A DNA stretch of 61,437 bases, filler included, from 10 parts of 10 records of this genome joined end to end with filler, not necessarily neighbours in it, one strand, 5' to 3'. Positions 40,401 through 53,363 are shown, counted from the first letter of the whole stretch. Notes: generated from the letters alone by a model not told the origin. Made by a program: numbers and translations.

Positions 40401-41338
40401 TTGAAGATGGCGCGCTCACGATGTATCCATCCTTACATGAATCGAACCTACAATAAGGCGCGAACCTGTTCAAACGGCATCCACTCGTTTCTACATGTGC
40501 GGGCAGACCAACTGCTGTAGCCACATCAACGTCCGCACACAAATCTCTGCAGCCCATGAAACCTATGGAACGCCATCACACGCACCCGCCACACATCATC
40601 CCTCCGGCAAGGTCAGTGGATCCTGGAGAAAATGAACTCACGTATCTCCGTTGCGCCAACGTTGCTGTAGCTGGCTCGCACCCCCGTGAATGTCAGAGTG
40701 ACAGACCTGGTGAACACAGGAGGGTCTAGCAAGTAAGACTGAATGCTTGCGGACTGCACAAGCTCCAACGATTGTGAGCTTCCATCACTGAAATCGATGG
40801 AAACGGACGTGGCCCAGTCCATTTCTCGCCAGCGCTGCTGGAAGTCCATCCTGTCGAGTCTGTACGTGCCATCGTATTGGATTCTGACCCATCCCCCTCC
40901 CTCTCCTGCCGTGGACCACTCGCCAGCATCTCGCCGGTAGTTTCCGTCGAACACCTTCTCGCACGAATATGACGCAGAGTATTCAGTGGATGCAGTGCAC
41001 GAGGCAGCAACAGCAGGTTGCTCCCTACACTCAATGCATGAGAACGAATCTCCCGATTCGAACACGAGCGATGCAATACCTCCGTGAACGTTGCATACCA
41101 CCTGGCCAGTACCCCTTGCTACATAATTCGTGGAGCAGGAACTGACGACACATGAGCGCTGAGCCGAGCTGAGGTCGCATCGACTAACGTCAGCAAACGC
41201 TGGCAGATTGGTCACAGCACCAAGAGACATGGTAGAACAAACAGCATACTCGTCAGGAACGAATTGCCAGAGCTCATCGAGAAGGGGCGCACTTCCAGCC
41301 TGCTTGCCACCGAACATCCACGCGCTTTCTGAATCTGA
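37429..41338 (-). CDS. Internal fragment of a large Cys-rich extracellular protein (discoidin/F5-8-like, filamin-like Ig, Ca-binding EGF), multi-exon
   Basis: Three collinear minus-strand ORFs. Discoidin-like: CEKVFDG...WST...WVRIQY...VGATEI. Filamin-like: PRDAFGN...DVKGSP. EGF: DVDECMSAPCHNGDC...[24 protein letters not shown]. Exact splice sites not all resolved. Confidence 0.75.
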
Positions 41339-41438
41339 NNNNNNNNNNNNNNNNNNNNNNNNNNNNNNNNNNNNNNNNNNNNTTAATTAATTAANNNNNN
41401 NNNNNNNNNNNNNNNNNNNNNNNNNNNNNNNNNNNNNN
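41339..41438. other. Artificial contig linker 8
   Basis: N44-TTAATTAATTAA-N44. Confidence 0.98.
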
Positions 41439-41750
41439 TTGGATTCTTGTGGAGTGAATAGAACTCACCGATGAATGCAGCAGCCTCCGCGGACCGCCCC
41501 GAGACGCTGGGTTTTTTCGCATTCCAGTATTGATATTAGCATGGTTCTGGGGGGCCCCGCCTGTGACACTGTGAGAGATGATGATGGTCCTCTAGCGTTT
41601 GACAGGCTGTTTGGGGTGCGTTCGGTGGTAGTAACGCCTCTAGGGCTGCTCTCACTGCCTCTGTCGGCGTGTTTGTGTGTACAGCGTGCGATTGTGGCCG
41701 TGCTGCAGGGATGAGGGAGGGCGAGATTGGGGTGGGTGCGTGACGGAACC

Positions 41751-43295
41751 ATGGCGACGGGGGAGCAGGCGGTTGAGTCGGCTGGTGCGTTCGGGGCGGA
41801 TGGGGTCGGTGATGTGACGCACGGGGCCGTCGGGATCGAGGCGGAGGCGCGGTTGGCGCTGGCCTCGCTGGCAACGCAGTTAGTGCGGCCGGAGGGCATG
41901 CTGAGCACGCTGGATCGCGAGCGCTCCGCGGACCCGTCCGTGGAGGAGCGGCTCGGGCTGCTGACGGACCGGCTGCGCGACGCGACCGGGGAGCTGCTGA
42001 GCGTGCTCGAGCTGACACGATCACGCATGATTGGGGTGGAGCTGCTCCAGGCGCACGCGAACCAGGCGCGCGTCCTGCTCCAGCTCTACGATGAGCACCA
42101 GCAGATGGTCGAGGAGCTGCTCCGCTCCCAGGGAACCGACGGTGCTGACGCCCTTGTACGAGGCCCGACAGACGGTCTAGACGAAGGAGAGGTGGCGGAG
42201 CTGCTGCAGCTGGCTGCGCAGTTTGCACGGCTCCCCTCGGCCAGGCTGCTCGGCAGTACGAGCTCGTGTGAGTGCGTGATATGCCAGGCCGAGCTGCGCG
42301 ATGTGGCCGGCTCACTGCTGCCAGCTGGCACGGGCGGAGACCACGAGCCGTGCATGCTCCAGTGTGGACACAGGTTTCATCGACATTGCATAGGCAACTG
42401 GCTGCAGCGCAGCAGAAAGTGCCCACTCTGCCGCGCCGAGCAGACCCCGGCGAAGCTTTTCGAATCGGTGAAGCCCGTAAAGCCGCGCGAACAACCCGCC
42501 CCTGAGGCCGCAGACACGCGGCGCCTGACAGTGTCCTTGACGCCACCCGTGCCCTCGGCAAGGTACGGTCGAGATAGACCTCGCACCGTTTCTGTGTCAG
42601 CCTGGCAATCGGACAGCACGACAGCCAGCTCGATATTTGCCGGCTCTTCCGAAGCAGAGACAACAGCCGCTGCGGCGCTACAGAACCGTCCAAGCACGAC
42701 ACAGTCTAGTGGGAGGAGGGCGATGCGACATTCTGCATCGCGTGGTACTTCACGCGCTGTGTCCAGAGGCTCATTTCGAGAGGCCTCCAGAGCTCAAAAC
42801 GGCATGCGGATGGGTCTTCGAGAGCATCTGGACCTGCCGCCGCGGCCAGCGACGAGCGAAGCGTCTGATGCTGCCCGGCTAATGCGCCGGCGTGCGGAGT
42901 CCTCTGGGTTTGGCAGCGTGAGCTCGCCTTCGCGCGATCGCACCGGCAGCCGAGGTTCATTGGTACGGTCCGCTTCTTCGCCGCTTACGGCGCCGCTGGC
43001 ACCGCTCCGGAGCTCTGTCGCGGTCAGGTCTGCTACCGGGTTTAGCACGAACGGCAACGGGCCTCTGTCAACCCGTGCTAGCTCAGAACCTGAGCCCCTG
43101 ATGCTTCGAGGCCATGGGGACAGCCATGCTCGAGCGAGGCAACAAGCGCGAGACAAAGCTCGTGCCGCTGCGCAGCTATCCAAGCGTAGAAGATCTGGAC
43201 TCGGGGCTTCGCCCATCCGCACCCTTGGCAGTCAATCCAGGCGGCTAGCCACGGAGCTACCAGTGCGGCGGCGCCTGTCGTTTCATCCACGGTAA
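41751..43295 (+). CDS. RING-H2 finger protein (putative E3 ligase) with N-terminal coiled coil and S/R-rich tail
   Basis: CVIC-x-CGHRFHRHC-x-W-x-CPLC. Confidence 0.85.
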   Translation: MATGEQAVESAGAFGADGVGDVTHGAVGIEAEARLALASLATQLVRPEGMLSTLDRERSADPSVEERLGLLTDRLRDATGELLSVLELTRSRMIGVELLQAHANQARVLLQLYDEHQQMVEELLRSQGTDGADALVRGPTDGLDEGEVAELLQLAAQFARLPSARLLGSTSSCECVICQAELRDVAGSLLPAGTGGDHEPCMLQCGHRFHRHCIGNWLQRSRKCPLCRAEQTPAKLFESVKPVKPREQPAPEAADTRRLTVSLTPPVPSARYGRDRPRTVSVSAWQSDSTTASSIFAGSSEAETTAAAALQNRPSTTQSSGRRAMRHSASRGTSRAVSRGSFREASRAQNGMRMGLREHLDLPPRPATSEASDAARLMRRRAESSGFGSVSSPSRDRTGSRGSLVRSASSPLTAPLAPLRSSVAVRSATGFSTNGNGPLSTRASSEPEPLMLRGHGDSHARARQQARDKARAAAQLSKRRRSGLGASPIRTLGSQSRRLATELPVRRRLSFHPR

Positions 43296-43485
43296 CTTGA
43301 GCCCGGGACGTACAGTGTTCGGGTGACAGCGAGCGCCTGCCAGTTTGTGTCTCCGAATGGAGCATCTTAGTTTCCACCCTGATCTGTTGCCGGCTGGCCA
43401 GAGCGTTCGCTCTCCGTGGTCCGATCGATTGGTATACACCACGCCTAAGTTATTGCATTGGATCAGTCACAAGGTCTCCTCCTCG

Positions 43486-46400
43486 TCACATGTGCTGCGT
43501 GAAGAAGCCGACCACTCCCTCAATCCCATGCTCGTAGTGCCGCAACACTTGCTGTAGATTCGTCACAGTCATTCCTAACGCTTTCCCCTTGAAACGCGCA
43601 TACTCCACCCAGTGGTCTAGAACGAGTTGGTGCAAGCGTTCTAACCGTTGCGGCTGGTGCTTAATCTCAGCCTGCTCACAGTTGGCGAATGCCGCAGAAT
43701 TCAGCACATGATAGATCGTTCTCAATCACTGTGTACACGAGTGCAACTAGACAGCGACACAGACCACAGAATAAGAAAAGTAGTAATCAACGATGCCCAC
43801 CTTGATTAGTGCCGCATTAGCCAGGGTGTCAGCGTACTCAGCCTCTAGGAAGGCCACATCCTCTTCCTGCATCTTGAGCTCTTGTAAGGCGTCGATCAGC
43901 TCGTGTTTCTTTTGAAGGTCGAGCTGGAAGTCCAAGATCGGACCTGCAAGCGCCATCCATATCACACGTTAGAAACCGCATCACATGCGCTTACATAAAA
44001 TGTCATCTCTACTATAGATATCTCTAAAAGCGTTGAGAGAAGCAGTGCAAACGACATGGCCATGCGTGTCAAAAACGACGCGGCGACGACGCCCATAAAG
44101 GATTTGCGTCCTCACCAACCATCCGAAGGAAGTGCTCTACTCCTTCGCTCGATATATCCGTCTTGATGTTGATCGCTAGATTCGATGAGGTCGCTTCCCT
44201 AGTCACATAGTCCTTCAATATCGCCTGGAGAACGGTCCCCATATTACCGCACGCACGTACACACACACACCGAGAGAGACACAGAACGCAGACGCAAGTC
44301 ACAGAAGTTGAGACCAATGATCTGAAGCAGGACACCACTCATACTGTACAAGCACATACTCTCGGGGTGTGCACAATAGTTGTGACTATGTGGCTACTTC
44401 TACAGGAAAGATTCCCAATGTACCCACCAGCGTTTTCAAGGAGTCGGACGAAAAGACTGCTTCACCCTTTCGATAGACACACTTGAGAATCGACGGCACG
44501 AACGTTGCTCGAAAGAAGAATCGAGCTTCTAGCCCCTGCAACCTCTCCGGGATCTCCGGCAGGCAGTTGGTGCACCATGCATGCGCCTTTTCGATGGTGA
44601 AATTGCCCTGGATCGTTAACGTGGAAAGTGGGCGGTGGTCGTCTGCAAGCTCGGCCTCCTGCACACGCATGTGAAGAGACAGTGTCTTGATGCTGTGGTT
44701 GATCGACATGCTCGTCTTGGGAGAGACTTGTGGCACGACGAACGCTGTCAACGTTCCGTTCTGACCCTCCGTAGTTCGGACCTTGATCTGCATTCGCCGA
44801 GTCGGCTCCTGGCAGCGAAAGGTGGCAAGCACCTTGCTAGACTTGGACGCCTCGCTGACCGGTGTTTTTGACACTATCGCGACATTCGAGTCTATATCGA
44901 CGAGCTCCACCTGCGCTGTAGACTGAAGCACTACACAATCGATCGATGACTCAATCTCGACTGTCAGCTGGTAGCAGGCGTCCTCACCGTCCAGCATAAA
45001 GCTCTCCTTTAGGCGCATAGTATTCTTGGTTGCGATGAGCTCCTTGGGCTGCTCCTTGGTTGCGCCGGCCTGAAATTTGGCCTTCTCCTTCCCCAGTTTC
45101 TTCTTCAGCTCATCCAATTCCTTATTGAGCTTTTTCACATCTTTGTCCGTGATGCGCTTCACCGCACCCTTTTCGTCGTCATCATCCTTCTTCTTCTTCT
45201 TGTCCTTCCCCTTGCCACCATCGGCTGCCGCGCTCTCGGGTCCGGGGGCAGTTGCGGCAGAGAAGGCTATAATCTTTCCTGAGAATGTCGAGAGTAGCAC
45301 ATCCTCCGATGCAGCCGCTGTGATCAACCCGCACTCAACGCCAGAGATGGACTCGTTGATGCATTTCGAGAAGATGAGCGACGGCTCGACCCCCATATCC
45401 ATCGACCAGATTTCTAGCGTGCCATCGTCGCGGCCGACGAGCATGTCTGTCCTCCCATCCTTCGTGATATCGCATGTGCCCATGCAGTTGATGCCTCCGA
45501 GACGCCGCACGTTGGGAATGGACCAGCCATGCTGCATGACTGTCGCCTCCGGACCCGCCTGGCCGTTGGGAACGAACGACAGGAGACCGACCACACCGCT
45601 CTCCGTCCCGTACAGAATCTCACGCCGGTTTCGCTCTCCATTCGCGCTGTGCGACTCCAGCTCACGAGTCTTCGTATGCAGCTCCTCCTCCAGCTGCGCT
45701 GCCTCAGAATCGTCTGCCGCGTGCAGCTTTGCTTTCAGCTCCGCCACTTCCGCAGCCAGCCGCGTCTGGTGCTCTCTGCGCTCCTCCACGGCGAACTCCT
45801 GGTCAAATGCAGAGTTCGTGTCAAACGATGTCACGACCGTTGCGGGCCCCGCCACCCCGATGTCATTCACGAGCTTGGAGCCGCGCACAACCCGGACCTG
45901 CCTATCTTGGCAGGCTAGAATGGTCTCATATGAGGCGCCGGGCTTCTGCAGCAGCATCCCATTGATCTTGTCGTTGGCCATGAACAGGTTCTCCTCAGCC
46001 CCATGCACTGTCTCCGTGAGCACAAAGTCCCCTGCCGCGAAGATGCGCTCTTCGGCCTGAATCACCTGCAAGTTGTTGATGTTCTCGGTCTGTGGCGACT
46101 GGTGCTCGTAGATATTTTTGCCCTTACGCGAGAGTCCCGTGACGTTGCGCCCGTGCGCGGCGAAGATGAAGTTGTTGCCCTTGGCGCCGCCGCCGAGCGA
46201 CAGCGCCGTCACCTCCTTCGTCAGCGCGCCGGACTTGAATGAGTTGTCCGCGCGCCCCTTCTTCATCCCAAAGCAGGTGACCTGAACATACAGCAGCAGG
46301 AAGTACCCGTCAAAACATTGTCTGAACTGATCCCAAGTGCAGAAACTTTCATTCCCCTTGCGTGCCCTCCTAGAGCTACCCCGCTAACTCGAGACTTCGC

Positions 46401-46570
46401 GTGCATGGGCACGCGAGACAGAGAGCGATGGCTTTTCTCCTTACGTGTCCATCGGCGTCCCCCACCACCACCTTCTGCGTCGATCGCTTCGACAGTGGCA
46501 GCAGCCGCAGATTGTTGCGACCTGTCGAGCCCACCTGCAGCAGGTCCACCCGCGACAGCGAGAGCTCCAT
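43486..46570 (-). CDS. BBS7: Bardet-Biedl syndrome 7 protein (BBSome subunit), five exons
   Basis: N-terminus MELSLSRVDLLQVG...TQKVVVGDADGH|VTCFGMKKG, plus LACQDR, LVGRDDG, LATFRCQ, IKTLSLH, ILKDYVTREAT, LIDALQEL and C-terminal RLERL...FKG. All match BBS7 as recalled. Confidence 0.92.
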
Positions 46571-46762
46571 CGGGGCCCTAGCACTATACTCTCACACCGC
46601 AGCCAACTGCGTATCGTAGTATACAGCCGCGGGCAGAACCAGCACTGTATCCTCAGACCGCAGCCAGCTTCGTATCGTAGTCTACAGCTGCGACAGGAAC
46701 GAAAAGAACGAGAGGAGCGAAGGCTCCGCCCAGCACTGCGTGCCTCGATGATACTGCCGATG

Positions 46763-46804
46763 CAGCACCAGCAGCAGCACCAGCACCACCAGCACCAGCA
46801 GCAC
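46763..46804. repeat. CAG/CAC trinucleotide tract at contig end
   Basis: Read directly. Confidence 0.85.
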
Positions 46805-46904
46805 NNNNNNNNNNNNNNNNNNNNNNNNNNNNNNNNNNNNNNNNNNNNTTAATTAATTAANNNNNNNNNNNNNNNNNNNNNNNNNNNNNNNNNNNNNNNN
46901 NNNN
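46805..46904. other. Artificial contig linker 9
   Basis: N44-TTAATTAATTAA-N44. Confidence 0.98.
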
Positions 46905-47538
46905 TCCATCTATGCTTGTTTCGTGCCTTCCCGCTAGACTGTCCCAGGCGCTTTTCGGCAACCTAGAGCCTAAGGAAGGGGGTCAGGTCCTCGGAAGAAC
47001 TCAGAACCAGTCAGGATTCATCGCTGCTTCTGATTCAACGACTTATGCCGAAGAGATCAGATGAATATATACAGGCGCGTGCGTCTTGACGTGTGGTTTA
47101 TGCATGAGAGGTAGCGCGAGGAGTTGGTGCCTTTATTTGCCAAGCGAGCGAGGGTATAATGAAGAAAAGTGGAGCAAACATCTCTCTTGCCGCAATGCTT
47201 CAACATCTGCCAATCACACCACGTCAAGCCACCTTGCGTTGTCCAGCCCACGACGGTGCCGCTGCTTGTATTCAATCGGAACTCTGTTGCTACTTGAGTA
47301 CTGGGACACATGCATGTACTAGCTATAAGCTGCCACCTAGTCTCAACGCGCAGCTCCTTCGACAACAGTGCATACTGGTCACTACGCTAGAGCTCATGAT
47401 TCCACTGTCAATTAGTTGAATGCGCACAGCCTCAGCGCCCCTTGACACGCTCTTTCAGAAAGATAGTGGGGGACGTACAATCAGCAGATATCTGGTGTCA
47501 CGTGGACAGCGACCAGTACAGCCCGGCACCACCTTTCA

Positions 47539-50500
47539 CTAGTCCGCTAGCCACAGTGCCATCGCCGCGTTGATCTCTGCCTGTCCATGGTTGTAGGCAT
47601 TGCACTGAGTAACCGCAAAAACAAGATTGAAAATAAAGCCAGTAGAGAAACCCAACTTCGAGGAAAATTAGCAAAAAATTCAATTACCGCGGAGCCTTTC
47701 GTGCATGGCATCCAGTGACCGGCGTCAATAGGCACCGCCTTGTCGACAGTCTTCAACCACTCCTCCGAGTAGAAAGATCCTGCTTTCACACATGGAGGCT
47801 GCTGGCAGGGATAGAAGAACAGAATTTTCTGAGATACTGGCGCTGGTGTGCTGTCAGCCGTCCAATCATCTGGTTTCGTGCCCGGGAAGGTCAGCTCCCG
47901 CCACCAGTACGTAGACGTTTTGCAAGCAGAGGCAAGTGAGCCATTGCACGAGGTAGGCACAACTCCATGCCACTGCCACCAATATTCCCAGCATTTTTCC
48001 CAAGTTGCTGTTGCGCCTGCTGGTCCTCCTCCTGGGGTGGTGTTCCTGCTGTCAAACGCATGAACATTGTGGGCTTGGTAGCTAAGCATCCATGCAGGCG
48101 TGCCAGCACCGAACGGCGTGCTTCCCTTCGAATTTCCGATCGTTAGCGCCACGATGCGCCCAACTAGGGCCGGAAATTTGTAGGCCAAAATCCACCCAAC
48201 TTGGCACCCGGAATCGTGGGTGACGATGGTGACATTCGTCAGTCCCATGCGCTGGATTGTTGACGCGATGCGTGCGACCTCGAATTGAAACCCGAGGCGC
48301 GACCAGCGGTCAGCCGATGTACTGACCATAGGAAAATCGGGGTGGAAGTCAGTCATAGTCGTCGCAAGGCAGTAGTGAGTCGCCGCTGAGCCGGCGCAAA
48401 ATGCCGCAAACTGGTTTGCCCACATTGCAGCAGTGTCCGGCCAACCGTGGAGAAAAACCAGCGCTGGCTTGACCGGATCCCCGAGTGATAGCGTCGGGGC
48501 AGGGGAAGAATGGTTGGCGACCACTTTTGAGCGAACTGGCTTACATGGCGAGTCCAGCGCCCAGTAGTACTGGCAGAACGTGTCGCGCAGCGGCGTGTCG
48601 ATGACGCTAGTTGCAACGGATACAGTCACACGTGCAGACGGCTCAGAGCTGATTTTGTCCGCTGCGTCTAGCATGCGCGTCTGGTTTCGCCAGCGGTAGC
48701 CCTTCTCTGCCGACCCAAGGCGCACGGACAAGGCCGGCAGCCAGTGTCCATCCGCAACCCTCACGTCAAAATCGATGGCGTCTCCCTCCGAGTCGGCCGT
48801 GACCGTCGCGTTGATTCGCACCGTCTGCAAGCCATTGCTGCCCGCTACAAAAACCGGCCAGTTTGTAGCCACTGCTTGGGACCAACCAGGAGGAAGCCGT
48901 GGGCGTAGAATTGTCTGTTTGGGGTTGGTGTCGTCGAGGCCGAAAATCAACCGAGCGATCTTGATCGGCGACATAGCGTTAACCAGGTTTAGCTCGCCAC
49001 AGCCTGCTTGCGCCTGATTCGGAGTCTTGGGCACTGAAAATTGTTCAAAGAAGTTGTACTTCGAATAGCGCTGCCCTGCATCAACTGTGATGTTTGCGAG
49101 CAGGCGCAAGGCCCGGGCGGCCATGCCGAGCTCATCCTGCAGTAGCATCACCTGCAGGGCATAGTCGTGACCGTAGGCGCTGCTCCCATGACCTGGGAGG
49201 CCGTCCTGCTTCAACACATCAAACTGTGTGTAAATCCCGTACTGATCCCAAAGTTGCTTTCGCAGTGGCGTGTTGAGCAATCGATAAAACGTGCGGTTTG
49301 CGCGCGCCACTCCCCCCGGCCACGAGCTATAGGTTGGCGATGCAACCCATTCCCCTACTGGACCATCGTTTAAACCGGCCTGAAGCTCGTTGATGCCAGC
49401 AAAGCCGATATTAGCAGGGTTGGAGAGGAGCAAGCCGTCGGGTCGCAGCGTGGTCGTGTTGATCGCCCAGATCCAACCACCATCTGTCTCGTTGGTCAGC
49501 AGAGCCTCCAGCTTTCGCCGCAGCTCGGTCGCCGTGGCCGCGTGTCGGCTGGCAGCTGAGCTGTTGCCCCGCGCCACTTCGAACGCTGACGCAGCGCGCA
49601 ACGCATTTGCCACTGCTGAGTTCTGTACGCTATTGTAGTAGAGCCACGAATCGATTCCAGGCACCGCACAGCAGCCACCACCGAATTCGCCCGATCCAGG
49701 AACCAACCCAATGGTAGCAGGATCAGTCTCATCCAGACCGGTGCGCTGTTGCTTGCTGTTCACATCATCTCGGCCGGCGCTGTCGTGGTGGTGGTCTAGC
49801 AAAGAGTGCCAGAACTCCACAGGACTCTGCGGAGAGGACAAGAATTCGACCCACTCTGCACAGGCACCCACGTACGTGGCTACCTGCGCGTGGCAGAGTC
49901 GCTGCCACAGCATGACCGTGTTCATCACTAACGTGGCCGTGCCCTCCTCGGCCGTCAGAGTCCCACTTGGGACGGTGCCTTCGAAGTGCTCAGGGAGCGC
50001 GAAAAAGCCTTGCTCGTTGCGTGTCAGGAGGCGCAGCAAACAGCGCAAGTGCACGACTGCAGTGGAGAAATCGCCGAACATGATAAGCTCGCGTAGAAAC
50101 GCCCCTCCATCCCGTGGCCACATTGATCCAGACCATCCTTGTCCCGCCGGAGAGGCCTGCACGTAGCCTGCTGGGAAGGTGGTGGTGGTGGTGCCACCCA
50201 CGGTCCCGACCAAGCAAAGGGCTGATGCGTGATGCACCACCTGAAGATGGGCACGCCCAGGCACTTTGGCTGGAATTGCTCGCCAGGCCGTGGTGTCGCA
50301 CGAGCATTCATCCATCGTGGGCTCTGTTCCGCTGGACCCTGGTGCCAGACACGCCCCAGACATCTCGGAAACTAGCTGAAACGTCTCTATGGATTGGCAG
50401 CGCTTGACCTGCCAGCGTTGATTGGGCGTCCCAAGGCATTGGTACAGCTGCACATCGTCACCCGGCTGGCAGTGGTGGGCTGCGTCGTTGCGGCAATCAA

Positions 50501-50834
50501 CACACTCGCCACTTGCGGCCAGCTGCAGTGGCGCGCTACCGTTTCGTGGTGGCCAAGGCCACAGCTGCGTGTGGGCAGATCCAGCGCATGGTGCGAGGGT
50601 CAGCTTCCCCGCCCCACCTCCTGCAGTGTGGGTGGTCGTCTCGTTCTGAAAGTAGTCGTACTGCAACACCCCAGCAAAGCTGCTCTGCACCTCGCGTGTG
50701 AACAGTGCCGCTGTAGGATCCGGCCCCGAGAAGGCCAGGCTGCCCATCACGTCGCCACCCCGATCAAAGCCGGAACTCTCGGCACTCTCCATCATCATGA
50801 ATGCCACGGGGAGCACGCTGCACCAAAGTATCAT
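47539..50834 (-). CDS. Secreted fusion: ricin-B lectin + six-hairpin glycosidase-like domain + alpha/beta hydrolase
   Basis: Signal-like MILWCSVLPVAF. QxW repeats (TQLW, VQLYQCLGTPNQRW). SMWPRDG. Hydrolase LVFLHGWPD, THDSG, AGHW. Intron 47581-47687 gives the terminal AEINAAMALWLAD*. Confidence 0.7.
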
Positions 50835-51383
50835 ATGATTTCGTGGCAGTGGGGTGTCGGGATCGCGCTCTTCAGATGATGCCAGCGCGCCGTCCCGCGC
50901 GGGCGCGCGGGGGTGCTCGCGCGTATATATGCGCACAGCAGCTATATATAATGTTGATATTGAAATCTTTATAGATAGACCCCACGCGAGACCTGGCCGC
51001 CAGGAGGGCGCCCCAGCAACGATCAGGTCTTCACGGATGGGGGATGTACCCAGGTTGAAAGCGGGAGTGATTTGACTCACTTTTCGTAAGGTTGCAATGA
51101 ACTGCATTCTTCCGGTACGTTGTATTCTGGATTCGGGCGCCTCACGCACGCTCAGTGGCGCATATCGGCTCGCGCCGGGTGGCACTGGCGGCAGTTCGAG
51201 TGTGCTGGGCCGCGCCATAGCACGCAGAGCGCTCTGCGAGGCCTGCCCTGGTGCACGCTGCGTACGTGGTGGGCGTATCTGTACGTATATCTCGCGAGCC
51301 CGGCAATAGATCGCATAGATCGGGCGAGGTAGGTGCGTATCGCTGGGACGCACGCCGGCTGTCACGCTCAGGCAGGGAAGGAA

Positions 51384-53144
51384 ATGCTGCGTATGCAGCA
51401 GCGCGCTCCGCCGATCGGCAGGGCGAGGGGCGCCCTCTGGCTCTGCCTCTGGTCGCTCGTCAGTACTCTGTCGGGGATGCTATGCCCTATCGGCGTGAGC
51501 GCTTTGGATAACAACACCACGCAGACGCCTCCGATGGGCATGCTGAACTGGGGGACGTTCCGCTGTAACGTCGATTGCGAGACAGACCCTGAGACCTGCG
51601 TGAGCGAGAAGAACATCAAGGGGCAGGTGGATGCCATGGTGGCCGGTGGGTATGTGGAGGCAGGCTACGTATACGTCAACATCGACGACTGCTGGCCGGA
51701 GAAAGAGAGGGATACAGAAGGTCGCGTCGTACCAGACTTAAAACGGTTCCCCTCCGGCTTCAAGGCACTCGGTGATTATGTGCACCAGCATGGAATGCTG
51801 TTCGGGTTCTACACGGCAATGGGATCGGGCACCTGCGCTGGTTACCCTGCACTGAACTGCACAGGGCGTCCAGGAGACGACTGCGCACAGGCACAGCGAG
51901 ACGTTGCCCAGTACGTTGCGTATGGGATCGATAGTTTGAAGATCGATGGGTGCCAGGGCATGGTTCCTGAGCATTTCAATGTGAGCTACCCTATGGTCGG
52001 CCGCATGATCCTCGAGGAGTCACGGAAGCTCGGGCGTCCAGTGGCGTACTCGTGCTCGTGGCCAGCGTATACGATTGGACGGTACCCACAGCAGTATGCG
52101 CTGATGGCAGAGCACTGCAATACTTGGAGGAATTACGACGACGCGCAACCGGGCTGGGCATCGCCGGCACACATCATCGAGTACTGGGGCAATCCAGCAC
52201 CGCGCGGAGGTGGGCCGAATGAAGAGTTCTTTGATGTGGCGCGACCTGGAGCGGTCAATGATCCAGACGAGATCTATGTGGGAGATGGCAGTCTCACGCA
52301 CGCCGAAGAGCAGACCGTTTTCGCGCTCTGGGCGATCATGACTGGGCCGGTGCTGCTGGGTATCGACTTTCGCAAAGTGCCACCTGCTTCCGCTGCGATC
52401 CTGCTGAACAAGGACATTATCGCTGTGTCGCAAGATCCTTTGGTGCGCCAAGGCAGGCGTGTCACGAAGCCCAACGCTACAACAACACCTGTAGGCACTT
52501 GGGTTAAATACCAGAAAATCTGGAATGATACGTGCGCCAACGTGGGCGAGTACCAGACAGCGTCGGTGACACACTGCGAGCAGATCTGCATCGAGCAGTC
52601 GACGAGTTGCACGGCCATCAACTTCGACGCAGCTGGTTCGCAGTGTTATTTGCGCGCTTGCCCACCGAACAAACTGATCCCCAATTGGGATTATGGCCCC
52701 GATTGGTCTGGCTATGCGTTCAACGGCACGATTCCAGGCCGGTTGGCTGCAGATGTACGACACTAGCTCGCTTATTGTTTCCCCGCGCCCGACCCCTTGC
52801 TCTTGTTCGCTTGGTGCCATTTGAGCCATCATTGTTGAAAAACAGTCCCTCCGAGCAGTCAGTTAAAAAGTGTGATTGTCGAGATTGTAACGGAAGCCGT
52901 GTCACAGGCACAGGTATGGTACAAGGAGCTGGAGAACGGCGACCGCGCAGTGGCTGCCTACAACAGCGGCAGTACTGTGCAAAACATCGAGGTTGATTTC
53001 TCGGACGTTGGCTTTGCTGCAACGACCCCGCTGAAAATCCTGGACCTGTACAGCAAGCAGGAGCTCCAGGTGGTGAACAAATGGCTGGCCGAGGACGTGC
53101 CTAGTCATGGTGTTCGGATGCTGCGAGTGTCACTGGCCGTGTAA
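51384..53144 (+). CDS. GH27 alpha-galactosidase / alpha-N-acetylgalactosaminidase with an inserted PAN/apple-like module
   Basis: Signal peptide then ALDN..TPPMG, YVNIDDCW, LKIDGC (nucleophile), CNTWRNYDD (acid/base), NDPD, SQDPL. Intron 52755-52913 (alternative acceptor 52907) joins the C-terminal beta domain. Confidence 0.92.
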
Positions 53145-53363
53145 CTCTCTTCTGAGTACACGCTGGATGTCTGCATCGAAAGTAGTAGCTGCCAAACTGG
53201 TTGTAATATAGCACCAACGCTACAACGCTTCGTTGACTACGCAAGCTCGAGCCAAAGCGTCGGCGAATAGCAGGGCGAAGCATCCGACGCGAAGAAATGC
53301 CGCTCTGGTGTTCCTAGTTCACCGCGCAACACGAGCGAGAAACTTGGCGTGGCCTTGTCGTAA

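Noticed and set aside
41536-46060. Long antisense ORFs (e.g. 41536-42702, 45077-46060; also 23224-24261, 10194-11039)
   Set aside because: They are shadows of real genes in GC-rich DNA and have no motifs of their own.
3174-46904. Recurring TTAATTAATTAA flanked by Ns as a biological repeat
   Set aside because: Nine identical 100-bp cassettes with six-frame stops are contig-joining linkers.
50835-51365. N-terminal 177-aa extension of the 1272-aa ORF
   Set aside because: It starts at a non-ATG codon, runs through the divergent promoter region, and precedes a good signal-peptide Met.
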